64,000 bases of DNA, taken from positions 1-64,000 of IMG/VR virus record IMGVR_UViG_3300043788_000169; one strand, 5' to 3'. The position numbers and the translations under genes are program-made. Positions 17,663 to 25,524 of this stretch are shown piece after piece; position 1 is the stretch's first letter; each line of letters begins with the position of its first letter. The notes beneath the pieces are model-generated. The model worked only from the letters and a program-made list of their open reading frames with translations. It was not told the DNA's origin and searched no databases. The stretch comes from a virus.

Positions 17663-17737
17663 GCCTCCGTAGCTCAATGGTGGAGCAGTGCCCCCGTAAG
17701 GCACAGGCCGCAGGGTCGGTACCTGCCGGAGGCTCCA
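17663..17737 (+). tRNA. tRNA-Thr(CGT), C33, aberrant T-loop GTCGGTA
   Basis: loop CCCGTAA, encoded CCA. Confidence 0.8.
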
Positions 17738-17738
17738 T

Positions 17739-17824
17739 GTGCTCGTGGCGGAACAGGTATACGCGCTAGCCCGAGATGCTAGTGCTCCGCAAGGGGCGTG
17801 CGGGTTCGACTCCCGCCGAGCGCA
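17739..17824 (+). tRNA. tRNA-Leu(GAG), C33
   Basis: loop CCGAGAT, long variable arm. Confidence 0.88.
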
Positions 17825-17924
17825 CGGGGAGAGAGATCCGGACATAGCGTCGCCGGCAGCCTCTCAGGGCATCCTGGGAAGGCGGGTAGTTCAAGAGCTT
17901 AGAAGAATACTCTCCCAGCTTTCT

Positions 17925-17992
17925 GCCGTCAGGCCAGCGCCGGCCATGCTCTTGTAAAGCACTGGCCTCCGGATCGGCACCGGACGACGGCT
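17925..17992 (+). tRNA. tRNA-Thr(TGT), degenerate D arm and T-loop
   Basis: GCCGTC/GACGGC acceptor, loop CTTGTAA. Confidence 0.6.
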
Positions 17993-17997
17993 CTCAA

Positions 17998-18068
17998 TGG
18001 AGGATCAGATAATGGCAGTCGGCCGGGTTTTGGCCCCGGCAGTCGTGGTTCGAGTCCACGTCCTCCAG
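17998..18068 (+). tRNA. tRNA-Gln(TTG)
   Basis: loop TTTTGGC. Confidence 0.88.
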
Positions 18069-18072
18069 CTAT

Positions 18073-18144
18073 GCCTGCCTAGTGGTAACGGCAGCACGCG
18101 TCCTTGGTAAGGACGTAGACGGAGTTCAATTCTCCGGGCAGGCT
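18073..18144 (+). tRNA. tRNA-Thr(GGT)
   Basis: loop TTGGTAA. Confidence 0.88.
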
Positions 18145-18180
18145 CTCGATCCCCGCACTCTTGGGTGGTGCGGGGCTCAT

Positions 18181-18253
18181 GCGGATGTAGCTCAGTGGTC
18201 AGAGCGTCACCTTGCCAAGGTGAGGGCCGCGGGTTCGATCCCCGCTATCCGCT
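18181..18253 (+). tRNA. tRNA-Gly(GCC)
   Basis: loop TTGCCAA. Confidence 0.92.
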
Positions 18254-18347
18254 CGGCTCTGGGGAGTGCGAGGACAAGAGCGAGGCGGCGGCCTCATCTC
18301 TTAGGGAGCACACGAAGCGCGGCCGGAGGGGACCGCCTTCATCTGAT

Positions 18348-18431
18348 GTCCCGGTGGCGTAATAGGCAGCCGCGCACGGCTCAGACCCGTGTGTCCGGAA
18401 GGACGTGAGGGTTCGACCCCCTCCTGGGACA
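18348..18431 (+). tRNA. tRNA-Leu(CAG)
   Basis: loop CTCAGAC, long variable arm. Confidence 0.9.
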
Positions 18432-18473
18432 CGATAAAAGGCACCGCCCCGCTGCTACGAGACGGTGCCTGCT

Positions 18474-18544
18474 GGTCCCCTGGCCGAGTGGCTAGGCGCT
18501 GGCCTGCAAAGCCAGATAGATCGGTTCGAGTCCGATGGGGGCCT
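18474..18544 (+). tRNA. tRNA-Cys(GCA)
   Basis: loop CTGCAAA, U73. Confidence 0.9.
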
Positions 18545-18764
18545 CTACCCGTGGAACATGGTGTTGGGGTTGGCCTGCGTGGTCGTCTGCTGGGCTCCGT
18601 TGCCTGGCGGGACCGCATTCGCTGAGGCTCCGGCCGCGCTCAGGAGAGCGCCGAGCGCAATGCCTGCGGCGAGGAGGGCTGCTAGAAGTCGAGAGCGCAT
18701 GATCTTTCACCTTTCTGCCAGTAGTTGCCAGGGTACGCCTAGGCGATTGTTCTGCAACAGGCAT

Positions 18765-18849
18765 GGAGCGGTGGCCGAGCGGCCTATGGCGGTGTCCTGC
18801 TAAGGCACTCACCGGAAACGGTGCGCGGGTTCAAATCCCGCTCGCTCCT
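18765..18849 (+). tRNA. tRNA-Ser(GCT)
   Basis: loop CTGCTAA, long variable arm. Confidence 0.9.
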
Positions 18850-18852
18850 CTT

Positions 18853-18946
18853 GGAGGGATAAGCCGAGTTGGTCTACCGGCTGCCGTCCCGAAAACGGTT
18901 AGGGGTGATGAGCCCCGTGTGGGTTCGAGTCCCACTCCCTCCTCCA
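18853..18946 (+). tRNA. tRNA-Ser(CGA), C33
   Basis: loop CCCGAAA, long variable arm, encoded CCA. Confidence 0.88.
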
Positions 18947-18947
18947 A

Positions 18948-19020
18948 CCGCCTCGACTCAGCCGGTGACGAGGCTCGTCTGATAAGCGAGTACCGCGTGG
19001 TTCAACTCCACGGGGGCGGA
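18948..19020 (+). tRNA. tRNA-Ile(GAT)
   Basis: loop CTGATAA. Confidence 0.85.
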
Positions 19021-19021
19021 C

Positions 19022-19095
19022 TGGCCGGTAGCTAAAAGGTGACGGCGCCTGTCCTATAAACAGGAGATGTGCGGGTTCGACCCCCGCCCGGCCTA
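19022..19095 (+). tRNA. tRNA-Ile(TAT), C33
   Basis: stem CCTGT/ACAGG, loop CCTATAA. Confidence 0.82.
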
Positions 19096-19099
19096 CTAG

Positions 19100-19172
19100 G
19101 CTCCCCGCGCCCGACTGGACGGGCACCGGACTTTTAATCCGGACTGACTGGGTTCGATTCCTTGGGGGAGCA
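19100..19172 (+). tRNA. tRNA-Lys(TTT)
   Basis: loop CTTTTAA. Confidence 0.85.
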
Positions 19173-19244
19173 CTGGGTGGCTGGCGGGCGCCAGCGCTGG
19201 CGGAGTGACGTCCCCGCCTCCCATGAACGCGAGGCCGCCTTAAA

Positions 19245-19316
19245 GCGTCGCTGGTGTAAAGGAAGCGCGCTCGCCTTCTAAGCGAGATGGTCCCGGTTCG
19301 AGTCCGGGGTGACGCA
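19245..19316 (+). tRNA. tRNA-Arg(TCT)
   Basis: loop CTTCTAA. Confidence 0.88.
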
Positions 19317-19326
19317 CGGTTTACAT

Positions 19327-19397
19327 GGCCCTATCGTCTAACGGCAGGATCGCTGGTTCTCAGCCAGTAGGCCGGGGTTCAACTCCCCGTAGGGCTA
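19327..19397 (+). tRNA. tRNA-Glu(CTC)
   Basis: loop TTCTCAG. Confidence 0.88.
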
Positions 19398-19401
19398 CTT
19401 T

Positions 19402-19479
19402 GCCGCTGTTACTCTGATGGCAAGGGGTAGCCGGGTTTTCACCCCGGACACGACGCGGGTTCGATTCCCGTCAGCGGCT
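19402..19479 (+). tRNA. tRNA-Glu(TTC)
   Basis: loop TTTTCAC. Confidence 0.82.
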
Positions 19480-19480
19480 C

Positions 19481-19554
19481 TGCGGACAGCAGCACCGGCC
19501 GTGCTGAACGGTCTCATAAGCCGAGATAGCTGGGTTCGACTCCCAGGTCCGCAA
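19481..19554 (+). tRNA. tRNA-Met(CAT), initiator-like
   Basis: loop CTCATAA. Confidence 0.8.
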
Positions 19555-19558
19555 CTGA

Positions 19559-19629
19559 TCCGGTGTCATTCAATGGCAGGATGCGTGACTGTTAATCACG
19601 TCATATTGGTTCGACCCCAATCACCGGAG
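19559..19629 (+). tRNA. tRNA-Asn(GTT)
   Basis: loop CTGTTAA. Confidence 0.9.
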
Positions 19630-19674
19630 CCCGCGGAACGTCCTTGGCCCCGCGTTAAAAACTAAGGGCAGCAT

Positions 19675-19748
19675 GGTGGCGTAGCACAACTGGCTAGTGC
19701 ACCACCCCGTCAAGGTGGATTGTGCGGGTTCAAGTCCCGTCGTCATCG
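19675..19748 (+). tRNA. tRNA-Asp(GTC), C33
   Basis: stem CCACC/GGTGG, loop CCGTCAA. Confidence 0.88.
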
Positions 19749-19749
19749 C

Positions 19750-19780
19750 GAGAGCGGAGGTTCAAATCCTCCCTCCCAGC
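19750..19780 (+). pseudogene. orphan tRNA 3' half (T arm plus acceptor strand)
   Basis: GGAGG TTCAAAT CCTCC CTCCCAG with no adjacent 5' half. Confidence 0.55.
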
Positions 19781-19785
19781 TTCAT

Positions 19786-19859
19786 GGGTGCTTAGCTCAG
19801 CGGTAGAGCGGCAGCACGACAAGCTGTGTCACGCGGAGGTTCGATCCCTCCAGCGCCCA
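19786..19859 (+). tRNA. tRNA-Val(GAC), C33
   Basis: loop ACGACAA. Confidence 0.86.
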
Positions 19860-19944
19860 CGGGAAGGTCCGGCTGGCAGATGGCTAGGCTGCCGAGTGTG
19901 CGCGCACTACCCGTTCGATTCGGGAACGGGCTCTCCCGGTACAC

Positions 19945-20016
19945 GCGTCCATCGTTCAACGGATAGGGCACCAGGCTACGGACCTGGGAATGGGGGTTCG
20001 AGTCCCTCTGGGCGCA
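19945..20016 (+). tRNA. tRNA-Arg(ACG)
   Basis: loop CTACGGA. Confidence 0.9.
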
Positions 20017-20061
20017 CGGCGCGGACACCGGCATCCTGCGGGATGTCAGGACCGCGCGCAC

Positions 20062-20133
20062 GGGCTGTTAGCTCAGCGGCAGAGCTGCGCCTCCACACGG
20101 CGTGCAGCGGAGGTTCGAGTCCTCCACGGCCCA
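20062..20133 (+). tRNA. tRNA-Val(CAC), C33
   Basis: loop TCCACAC. Confidence 0.88.
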
Positions 20134-20134
20134 C

Positions 20135-20213
20135 GGTGAATGAATCCAAAGAGGAGGCGGGGCCTGGCCGTGAACCAGGTATTTAGCGGGTTCGACGCCC
20201 GTCATTCACCCCA
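20135..20213 (+). tRNA. tRNA-His(GTG), C33
   Basis: G-1/C73, loop CCGTGAA, encoded CCA. Confidence 0.85.
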
Positions 20214-20294
20214 GCCAGCTTGGCCGAGTGGGCGAAGGCACCTGCCTGTAAAGCAGGCTCGAAAGACGCGGTGGTTCAAATCCATCAGCTGGCA
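20214..20294 (+). tRNA. tRNA-Tyr(GTA)
   Basis: loop CTGTAAA. Confidence 0.9.
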
Positions 20295-20299
20295 CGCAA

Positions 20300-20368
20300 G
20301 TCCCCGGCAGCGGATCTGCCGCGGAGGTTCCGAACCTTGGCTGCCCAGTCCGACTCTGGGCGGGGACA
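20300..20368 (+). tRNA. tRNA-Arg(CCG), degenerate
   Basis: loop TTCCGAA, T-loop TCCGACT. Confidence 0.65.
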
Positions 20369-20369
20369 C

Positions 20370-20444
20370 TGGCCTGAAGCTCAATGGACGAGCTGCTGCC
20401 CCCTAAGCAGATGGTTGCGGGTTCGAGTCCCGTCAGGCCGGCCA
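20370..20444 (+). tRNA. tRNA-Arg(CCT), C33
   Basis: loop CCCCTAA, encoded CCA. Confidence 0.85.
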
Positions 20445-20574
20445 CATCGATGCTCACGCTGCGAGTTATCCTGGTATCCGGTTCGGCGTTTCTTGGTCGC
20501 CGTCCTATCCGGCCCGGCCCCGTCCAAGCGCTCCCGCGGAGATAGCTGTTGTGGCGGGGCCCGGTCGTAAATGC

Positions 20575-20608
20575 TCCCCGCCGTCCCTGAGACTGGCGGG
20601 GATTATTT
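20575..20608 (+). terminator. intrinsic terminator closing the tRNA array
   Basis: TCCCCGCC..GGCGGGGA followed by TTATTT. Confidence 0.7.
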
Positions 20609-20627
20609 ATGCGCCGATGAGCCGGCC

Positions 20628-21122
20628 ATGGACCTGTCCGGTGCCACCCTGGCTGAGCTGAACGCCGAGCTGATCACGCGCACCGCTCCCGTTGAGTCAC
20701 TCGACCGGCTGTTTGCGCTGCCTGAGTGGGTGACCGACCCGGATCTGTGCAACTCCTACGAGGTGCTGGTCGCCAGGCTCCGGAGAGAGACCGACCACCT
20801 GCCCCTGAACACGCTCCAGCAGATGAGGATCGAGCGGATTGTCTTCAACTATATTGTGCTGAAGTTCAGGGAAGCTCACGCGGGCAGCGACCACCAGTTC
20901 ATGGACCACCTCAAGGACTGGAACACCTACTGGGCCTCCATCACCAGGGAGTTCGACGCGGTGCTGCGCGCCTGGCAGCCCAAAGAGCAGGACGCGATCA
21001 TGCACATGGTCAAGCTGGCCGTCGAAGAGGTGATCGCGACAATCGAGGACACCGGGGTGCGCAATGACCTCGTGCGGAGGTTCCCCGACACCTTCAAGCG
21101 CATGGGCCTGATCAGCGCCTGA
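20628..21122 (+). CDS. hypothetical protein, possible terminase small subunit
   Basis: ATG 9 nt after CCGAT; helical; first gene of late region (function is inference from position). Confidence 0.6.
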   Translation: MDLSGATLAELNAELITRTAPVESLDRLFALPEWVTDPDLCNSYEVLVARLRRETDHLPLNTLQQMRIERIVFNYIVLKFREAHAGSDHQFMDHLKDWNTYWASITREFDAVLRAWQPKEQDAIMHMVKLAVEEVIATIEDTGVRNDLVRRFPDTFKRMGLISA

Positions 21123-21135
21123 CGAAGTATCGTGC

Positions 21136-21714
21136 GTGGCTGGCTACCTGGACAAGCTCCTGGAACTCGCCGCGGTGCGGGTGCCGGAGTACCAGCGCCG
21201 GAGCGCGAAGGGCGGCGCGGTAAGCGTCTCCAGCTATACCCGCATGGGCCGCGACGCGATGCAGTCCCACCTGACCTCCTCGCACGGGATGGACGCCCGC
21301 GGGCTGGGCAAGGACTTCAGCCACCCGACCAGCCTCGCCGCCTGGCACGGCGCCGACCACGTCGCCCGCGGGGACGGGCTGGACCACCAGCACCCCGAGG
21401 GCATCGCCCAGCACGCCGACCACGCCGTGGCCCACGAGAGCGAGCACGGCCACGGGCTAGGCGCTGTGGCCGGCCACATGGCGGTCTGGGAGGGCCCGGC
21501 TATCGCTCACCGCGAGGTGCGGCGGACGATCGACCGCCAGACCCGGCGTCGGCTCTACCGTCTGGACAAGCACCGCGGTGGCTCGAAGAGGCGCCCAGGA
21601 AGCGGCTTCGCGTCCGGTGTGGCCTCAGGAGCGTCGGGCTCGTCCTCTGGTGGGGGTGGCAGCTCCGGCGGCTCAGGAGGCTCCTCAGGCTCGTCTGGGG
21701 GCAATAACAACTAG
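21136..21714 (+). CDS. His-rich protein with Gly/Ser tail
   Basis: ORF composition; N-terminal LLELAA. Confidence 0.6.
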   Translation: MAGYLDKLLELAAVRVPEYQRRSAKGGAVSVSSYTRMGRDAMQSHLTSSHGMDARGLGKDFSHPTSLAAWHGADHVARGDGLDHQHPEGIAQHADHAVAHESEHGHGLGAVAGHMAVWEGPAIAHREVRRTIDRQTRRRLYRLDKHRGGSKRRPGSGFASGVASGASGSSSGGGGSSGGSGGSSGSSGGNNN

Positions 21715-21728
21715 CCGATTCGTCCCCC

Positions 21729-21908
21729 ATGAACATAGTGATGAAGACGACGCTAGCTAACGCCCTGCGCACGGAGCAGAGGCGCCATCTCAACAGCGCA
21801 GCTGCCGAGGAGCAGAGTGATGAGGAGGGCCTAGCCAGGGTGCATCGGGAAGTCGCGCTCTCGTTCGGCACGCTGGCCTCGGCGCTCGATCACGAGCCTG
21901 CTAAGTAG
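21729..21908 (+). CDS. 59-aa hypothetical protein
   Basis: ATG 9 nt after CCGAT; open to TAG. Confidence 0.45.
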   Translation: MNIVMKTTLANALRTEQRRHLNSAAAEEQSDEEGLARVHREVALSFGTLASALDHEPAK

Positions 21909-21946
21909 GCTCGTCTGGGAGCAGTAGTTGATGCGTATCATCAGGT

Positions 21947-22732
21947 ATGAGTCTGATTGATGAGGCCATTGAGCTAGCTACCACCGAGATTCACCGTGTT
22001 ATCGCTGTGGCGCGGCGTCGTGCTTCCGAGCACCCGGAGGAAGATCCAAATAAGATCGCTGCCTCCGCGCTACGAGGGGTATCTCAGAAGGTCTTGCGCG
22101 GGTTTGCCCTGGCCTACGTCGCAGACTCGGTTGGAGTCCAGCGCCGTGCCGAGGCTCGCGCTGCTGAGGATCGCGCTTTTCGGGAGCAGCAGCGAGATCA
22201 GCACGATCGGGAGCGTCGTGCTCAGGGAGAACTCCCCACCTACGACGAGGTACGGCAGGCCGAGCGGCTCATGCGCAGTTCAAAGCGCATAGATGACCCA
22301 GTTCTGGCACATCTGGCGGCGATTCGTGAGGAGCAGCTACGTGTGTACCATGCTCGGCGTGACGAGACCCGCCAGCTGCGGGAGCGTGAGGCTGCCTACA
22401 ATCTGGAGAAGTACGGTACGGCGACCCCCACCTATGGAGATAGATCTGCTTACTCCAGTAGGAAGCTGGAAGAATCTATTGCTGAGTGGGAAAACGAAAT
22501 TCGTCTAAAGGTGACGGCTGAGCTGCTAGCCACGCCCTTCCGCCCTGGCGATGGTACTGAGGTTACGTGGGGAAGCGCGACGATTCAGCAGCATCAGATG
22601 TACTGCAACAGGCTTCGGCGTCAAGGGATGGGGACCTTGGAGACTGCCGCTCGTCATGCGGCGGCTATCCGTGAGATAGAGAAGTCGGGGGTGTCTTGCT
22701 TGAATGAGCTTCCTCTGGATACTTCGGTGTAG
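21947..22732 (+). CDS. hypothetical protein, lower-GC codon usage
   Basis: 261-aa ORF; TATCAT -10-like box just upstream. Confidence 0.7.
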   Translation: MSLIDEAIELATTEIHRVIAVARRRASEHPEEDPNKIAASALRGVSQKVLRGFALAYVADSVGVQRRAEARAAEDRAFREQQRDQHDRERRAQGELPTYDEVRQAERLMRSSKRIDDPVLAHLAAIREEQLRVYHARRDETRQLREREAAYNLEKYGTATPTYGDRSAYSSRKLEESIAEWENEIRLKVTAELLATPFRPGDGTEVTWGSATIQQHQMYCNRLRRQGMGTLETAARHAAAIREIEKSGVSCLNELPLDTSV

Positions 22733-22755
22733 TCAGCTGCGTCGATGATCTCTGC

Positions 22756-23763
22756 GTGTACCTGGAGCGCGTGCTGGCGGCAACGGCTGAAACGCCGACA
22801 GCCTCAACCGTTCCAAAACCACTACATCCCGGTGGCCCTGGTCTCTGGCGTCATAAGCACTGGATGGCCCCGCCCTACGTGGAGCACGTAGCGCAAGCGC
22901 TTATGCGTCGGGGAAAGTCGGAGTCCGAGGCTTACCACATGGCTGTTGGTTTGATGCACTCATGGAGTGCAGGTCACGACGGCCACGGCCACCACGTGCA
23001 CGCCGACGTCAAGGCAGCGGCGGCCGCGAACCTCGCCAAGTGGGAGGAGCTGCGTGGCCGGGCCCACGCCAGCCATCTCGCAAAGAAGGCAAAGGGCCAC
23101 TCGCGGGACAAGCGCCACCACGACCTCGCGGCCAGCGCTGCGTGGGACGAGATCGGTGAGCTGATGGTGGAGTTCGCCCGGACCGCCCCGCTCGACATCG
23201 TGGAGCTGGCCTCGGGCCCGACCTATTTCTACGACGCTTCGATGCTCAAGGGAGGATCGGAGGCCAGCGCGCCGGGCGCCAAGCGGATCACCAGCAACCA
23301 GCTGCGCCAGAACCCGAGCCAGACAGTTGCCGCCAACCCCCCGCTGCCGCCCGGCGTCACGCTGCCTACCCCGGCCGAGCTGAACCAGCTCGCCGCGAAC
23401 ATCTCCTCGGCCGGCCTGCCCGAGAGCGACCTCATCCGCGGCGCCCGCGACCACGCCCGGGCAGCAGCCATGAAGATGCAGGCTAACCAGCCGGTCGACG
23501 CGCTGCACATGCTGCGCGCGTGCCAGGCGGGGATCGTCTCAGCCCACCGGGAGTACAACGGCAGCCTCATCCCGGTGGCCAACGTGTTCAGCGCGCGGCT
23601 GGCGCCTGCTGAAGCCGCCTCGGCGCGAGCCGAGATGTTCGAGGGACTGAAGACCCGCGACACCTTCCGCCAGCTGGCTACGCAGTGTGCGCAGTTCATT
23701 GACCGGATCCGCCGTCACATCTTCCATGGTTTGTATAACCACATGGCCGAGGCAAGGTTCTAG
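22756..23763 (+). CDS. hypothetical, candidate internal head protein
   Basis: 335-aa ORF, TCGAT-N9-GTG. Confidence 0.7.
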   Translation: MYLERVLAATAETPTASTVPKPLHPGGPGLWRHKHWMAPPYVEHVAQALMRRGKSESEAYHMAVGLMHSWSAGHDGHGHHVHADVKAAAAANLAKWEELRGRAHASHLAKKAKGHSRDKRHHDLAASAAWDEIGELMVEFARTAPLDIVELASGPTYFYDASMLKGGSEASAPGAKRITSNQLRQNPSQTVAANPPLPPGVTLPTPAELNQLAANISSAGLPESDLIRGARDHARAAAMKMQANQPVDALHMLRACQAGIVSAHREYNGSLIPVANVFSARLAPAEAASARAEMFEGLKTRDTFRQLATQCAQFIDRIRRHIFHGLYNHMAEARF

Positions 23764-24380
23764 TGGACAAGGTCACCCGCCTGCTCGCGCTGGCGGCACA
23801 GGACATCAGCCCGTCGAGCACGATGATCTACCTGCAGGCCCCGCCAGCGCTGTTTCCTGGTGAGGTGATCGACAAGCCCGGCCACCTCACCGTGGTGTAT
23901 CTGGGCAAGGTCGGGCAGGCCGAGTTCACCACTGCCTGCGAGCGGGCGAAGTCCGCGGCCGGCGCGGTGCCGCCGATCCATGCCACGATTGGCGGCCTCG
24001 GCTCGTTCGAGCCGACGGAGAACTCCGACGGCAAGAAGGTCTACTACTGCCCGGTCTACGGCGACGGCATCCACTGGCTGCGAGCGCTGCTGGCCGACCT
24101 CGCCGCGCCGAACGCGCTGCCGTTCGTCCCGCACATCACCCTGGCCTACGCGGACGAGGGTGAGGACCCGCCGTCCCCGGTCACCAGTGGCCGGCTGTGC
24201 TTCACTCAGCTGTACGTTTCCCGCGGGGCGCAGATCTGCGCCTATCCGCTGAAAGGCGGCCACGAGCCGCACGGTTCCGGTCAGCACATGCGGGACCGGC
24301 GGCCGGGCGAGGCTCCGCTGAGCCGGATCGACGCTGTGATGGAGCTGGCTGACAAGGTGGCGCCGGGATGGCGCCCCTAG
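23763..24380 (+). CDS. 2H phosphoesterase (2'-5' RNA ligase/Acb1-like fold)
   Basis: two HxT motifs: HLTVVYLG and PHITLAY. Confidence 0.85.
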   Translation: MDKVTRLLALAAQDISPSSTMIYLQAPPALFPGEVIDKPGHLTVVYLGKVGQAEFTTACERAKSAAGAVPPIHATIGGLGSFEPTENSDGKKVYYCPVYGDGIHWLRALLADLAAPNALPFVPHITLAYADEGEDPPSPVTSGRLCFTQLYVSRGAQICAYPLKGGHEPHGSGQHMRDRRPGEAPLSRIDAVMELADKVAPGWRP

Positions 24381-24486
24381 GCTGAGGTGGCGTGCAGCCG
24401 GTCCTCTTGCGGTCTTGCCCGGCGTCTGGCAGCAAAGCCGGACCGCGTCAGCTGCCAGGCACGTCACCTCGCAGTACGATGGTCGT

Positions 24487-24666
24487 ATGACTGTTCCCGA
24501 AGCTCGCAGGCACATTGGTCACCGGGTGCGCTACCAGATCGGCGCCTGGGTGCAGTTCGGTCATATCACCTGGGCTGGCCAGGGGCAGGTGCTGGCCCTG
24601 TTCGACGGCGCGTGCCATCCGCGGTCTGTCTGCCCTGGGGCGCTCAAGCTGGCGCCCAGTCTGTAG
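24487..24666 (+). CDS. small hypothetical protein
   Basis: TACGAT-N6-ATG, leaderless-type. Confidence 0.5.
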   Translation: MTVPEARRHIGHRVRYQIGAWVQFGHITWAGQGQVLALFDGACHPRSVCPGALKLAPSL

Positions 24667-24687
24667 CGGGCGCCGATGTAGCAGGGC

Positions 24688-25509
24688 ATGACCACTGCCC
24701 TGGACAAGGTGCTCGCCGCGACCGCGGAGCTGACCTCCCCGGCGCCGCGCAGCGATGAGGAAGAGGCCGTCCGCACCACGGTGCTGGTCGAGGCCGCAGG
24801 CTCTGCGGTGGCCGAGGCGTGCCACCTGCTCGGCGGGGTGTCCCTGGACGCCTGCCCGCCGGAGGTGGTCCAGGCGGCTGCCACCCTGCTCGGGGCGAGC
24901 GTTGCCTTCGAGGGCCTGGAGCTGGCCGCGGACGACGACTGGGTCGAGGCCACCGCGCTCGACGTCACCGCGCTGGCGCTGGCCGGGGCAGCCGCCTCCG
25001 CGAAGCCGTACGGCGACGTCCCGTATGCCGACCCCGGCTACCAGGACGACGGGAAGAAGCGCTACCCGCTGGACAAGGATCACATCCATGCGGCCATCGC
25101 TTACTTCAGCAAGTCCACGAACCGTGAGCCGTACACCTCCGGTCAGGTCAAGGCGATCTGGGGCCGGATCAAGGCAGCAGCGTCCAAGCTCGGTGTGCAG
25201 ATGAAGGGCGGCACCGTCGCGGCCTCCATGGACATGGCCGGCCTGCTGGAGCTGGCCGCCAAGGGCCAGCAGTTCCCCGAGCGCGTCATCAAGAACCACC
25301 CGCGGTTCCACGGCGGGCACGAGCACGACCACATGCACCTGAACGACAACCGGCACGGGCCGTCGGTGGCCGGGTTCGCGGCGGGGAACAACTCGATCAC
25401 CGCCTACAACCACCCGCCCATGACCGGGATGCATGCCCACGCTCACGTGCACGCCAACGACGCCACCCATGGCCCCATGCGGGCGCACGATGACGACGAC
25501 TGGGGCTGA
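24688..25509 (+). CDS. head-associated protein with DUF6582-like domain and His-rich tail
   Basis: KPYGDVPYADPGYQDDGKKRYPLD..H..AA..YF. Confidence 0.7.
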   Translation: MTTALDKVLAATAELTSPAPRSDEEEAVRTTVLVEAAGSAVAEACHLLGGVSLDACPPEVVQAAATLLGASVAFEGLELAADDDWVEATALDVTALALAGAAASAKPYGDVPYADPGYQDDGKKRYPLDKDHIHAAIAYFSKSTNREPYTSGQVKAIWGRIKAAASKLGVQMKGGTVAASMDMAGLLELAAKGQQFPERVIKNHPRFHGGHEHDHMHLNDNRHGPSVAGFAAGNNSITAYNHPPMTGMHAHAHVHANDATHGPMRAHDDDDWG

Positions 25510-25524
25510 GCTGTAATAGGGGGT

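Noticed and set aside
20370-20444. Apparent CTA (amber suppressor) anticodon in CCCCTAA
   Set aside because: Stem CTGC/GCAG fixes a 7-nt loop whose centre is CCT (Arg); TAG is used as a normal stop throughout the window.
15827-20570. ORFs predicted across the tRNA array
   Set aside because: They overlap tRNA cloverleaves and lack protein-like features.
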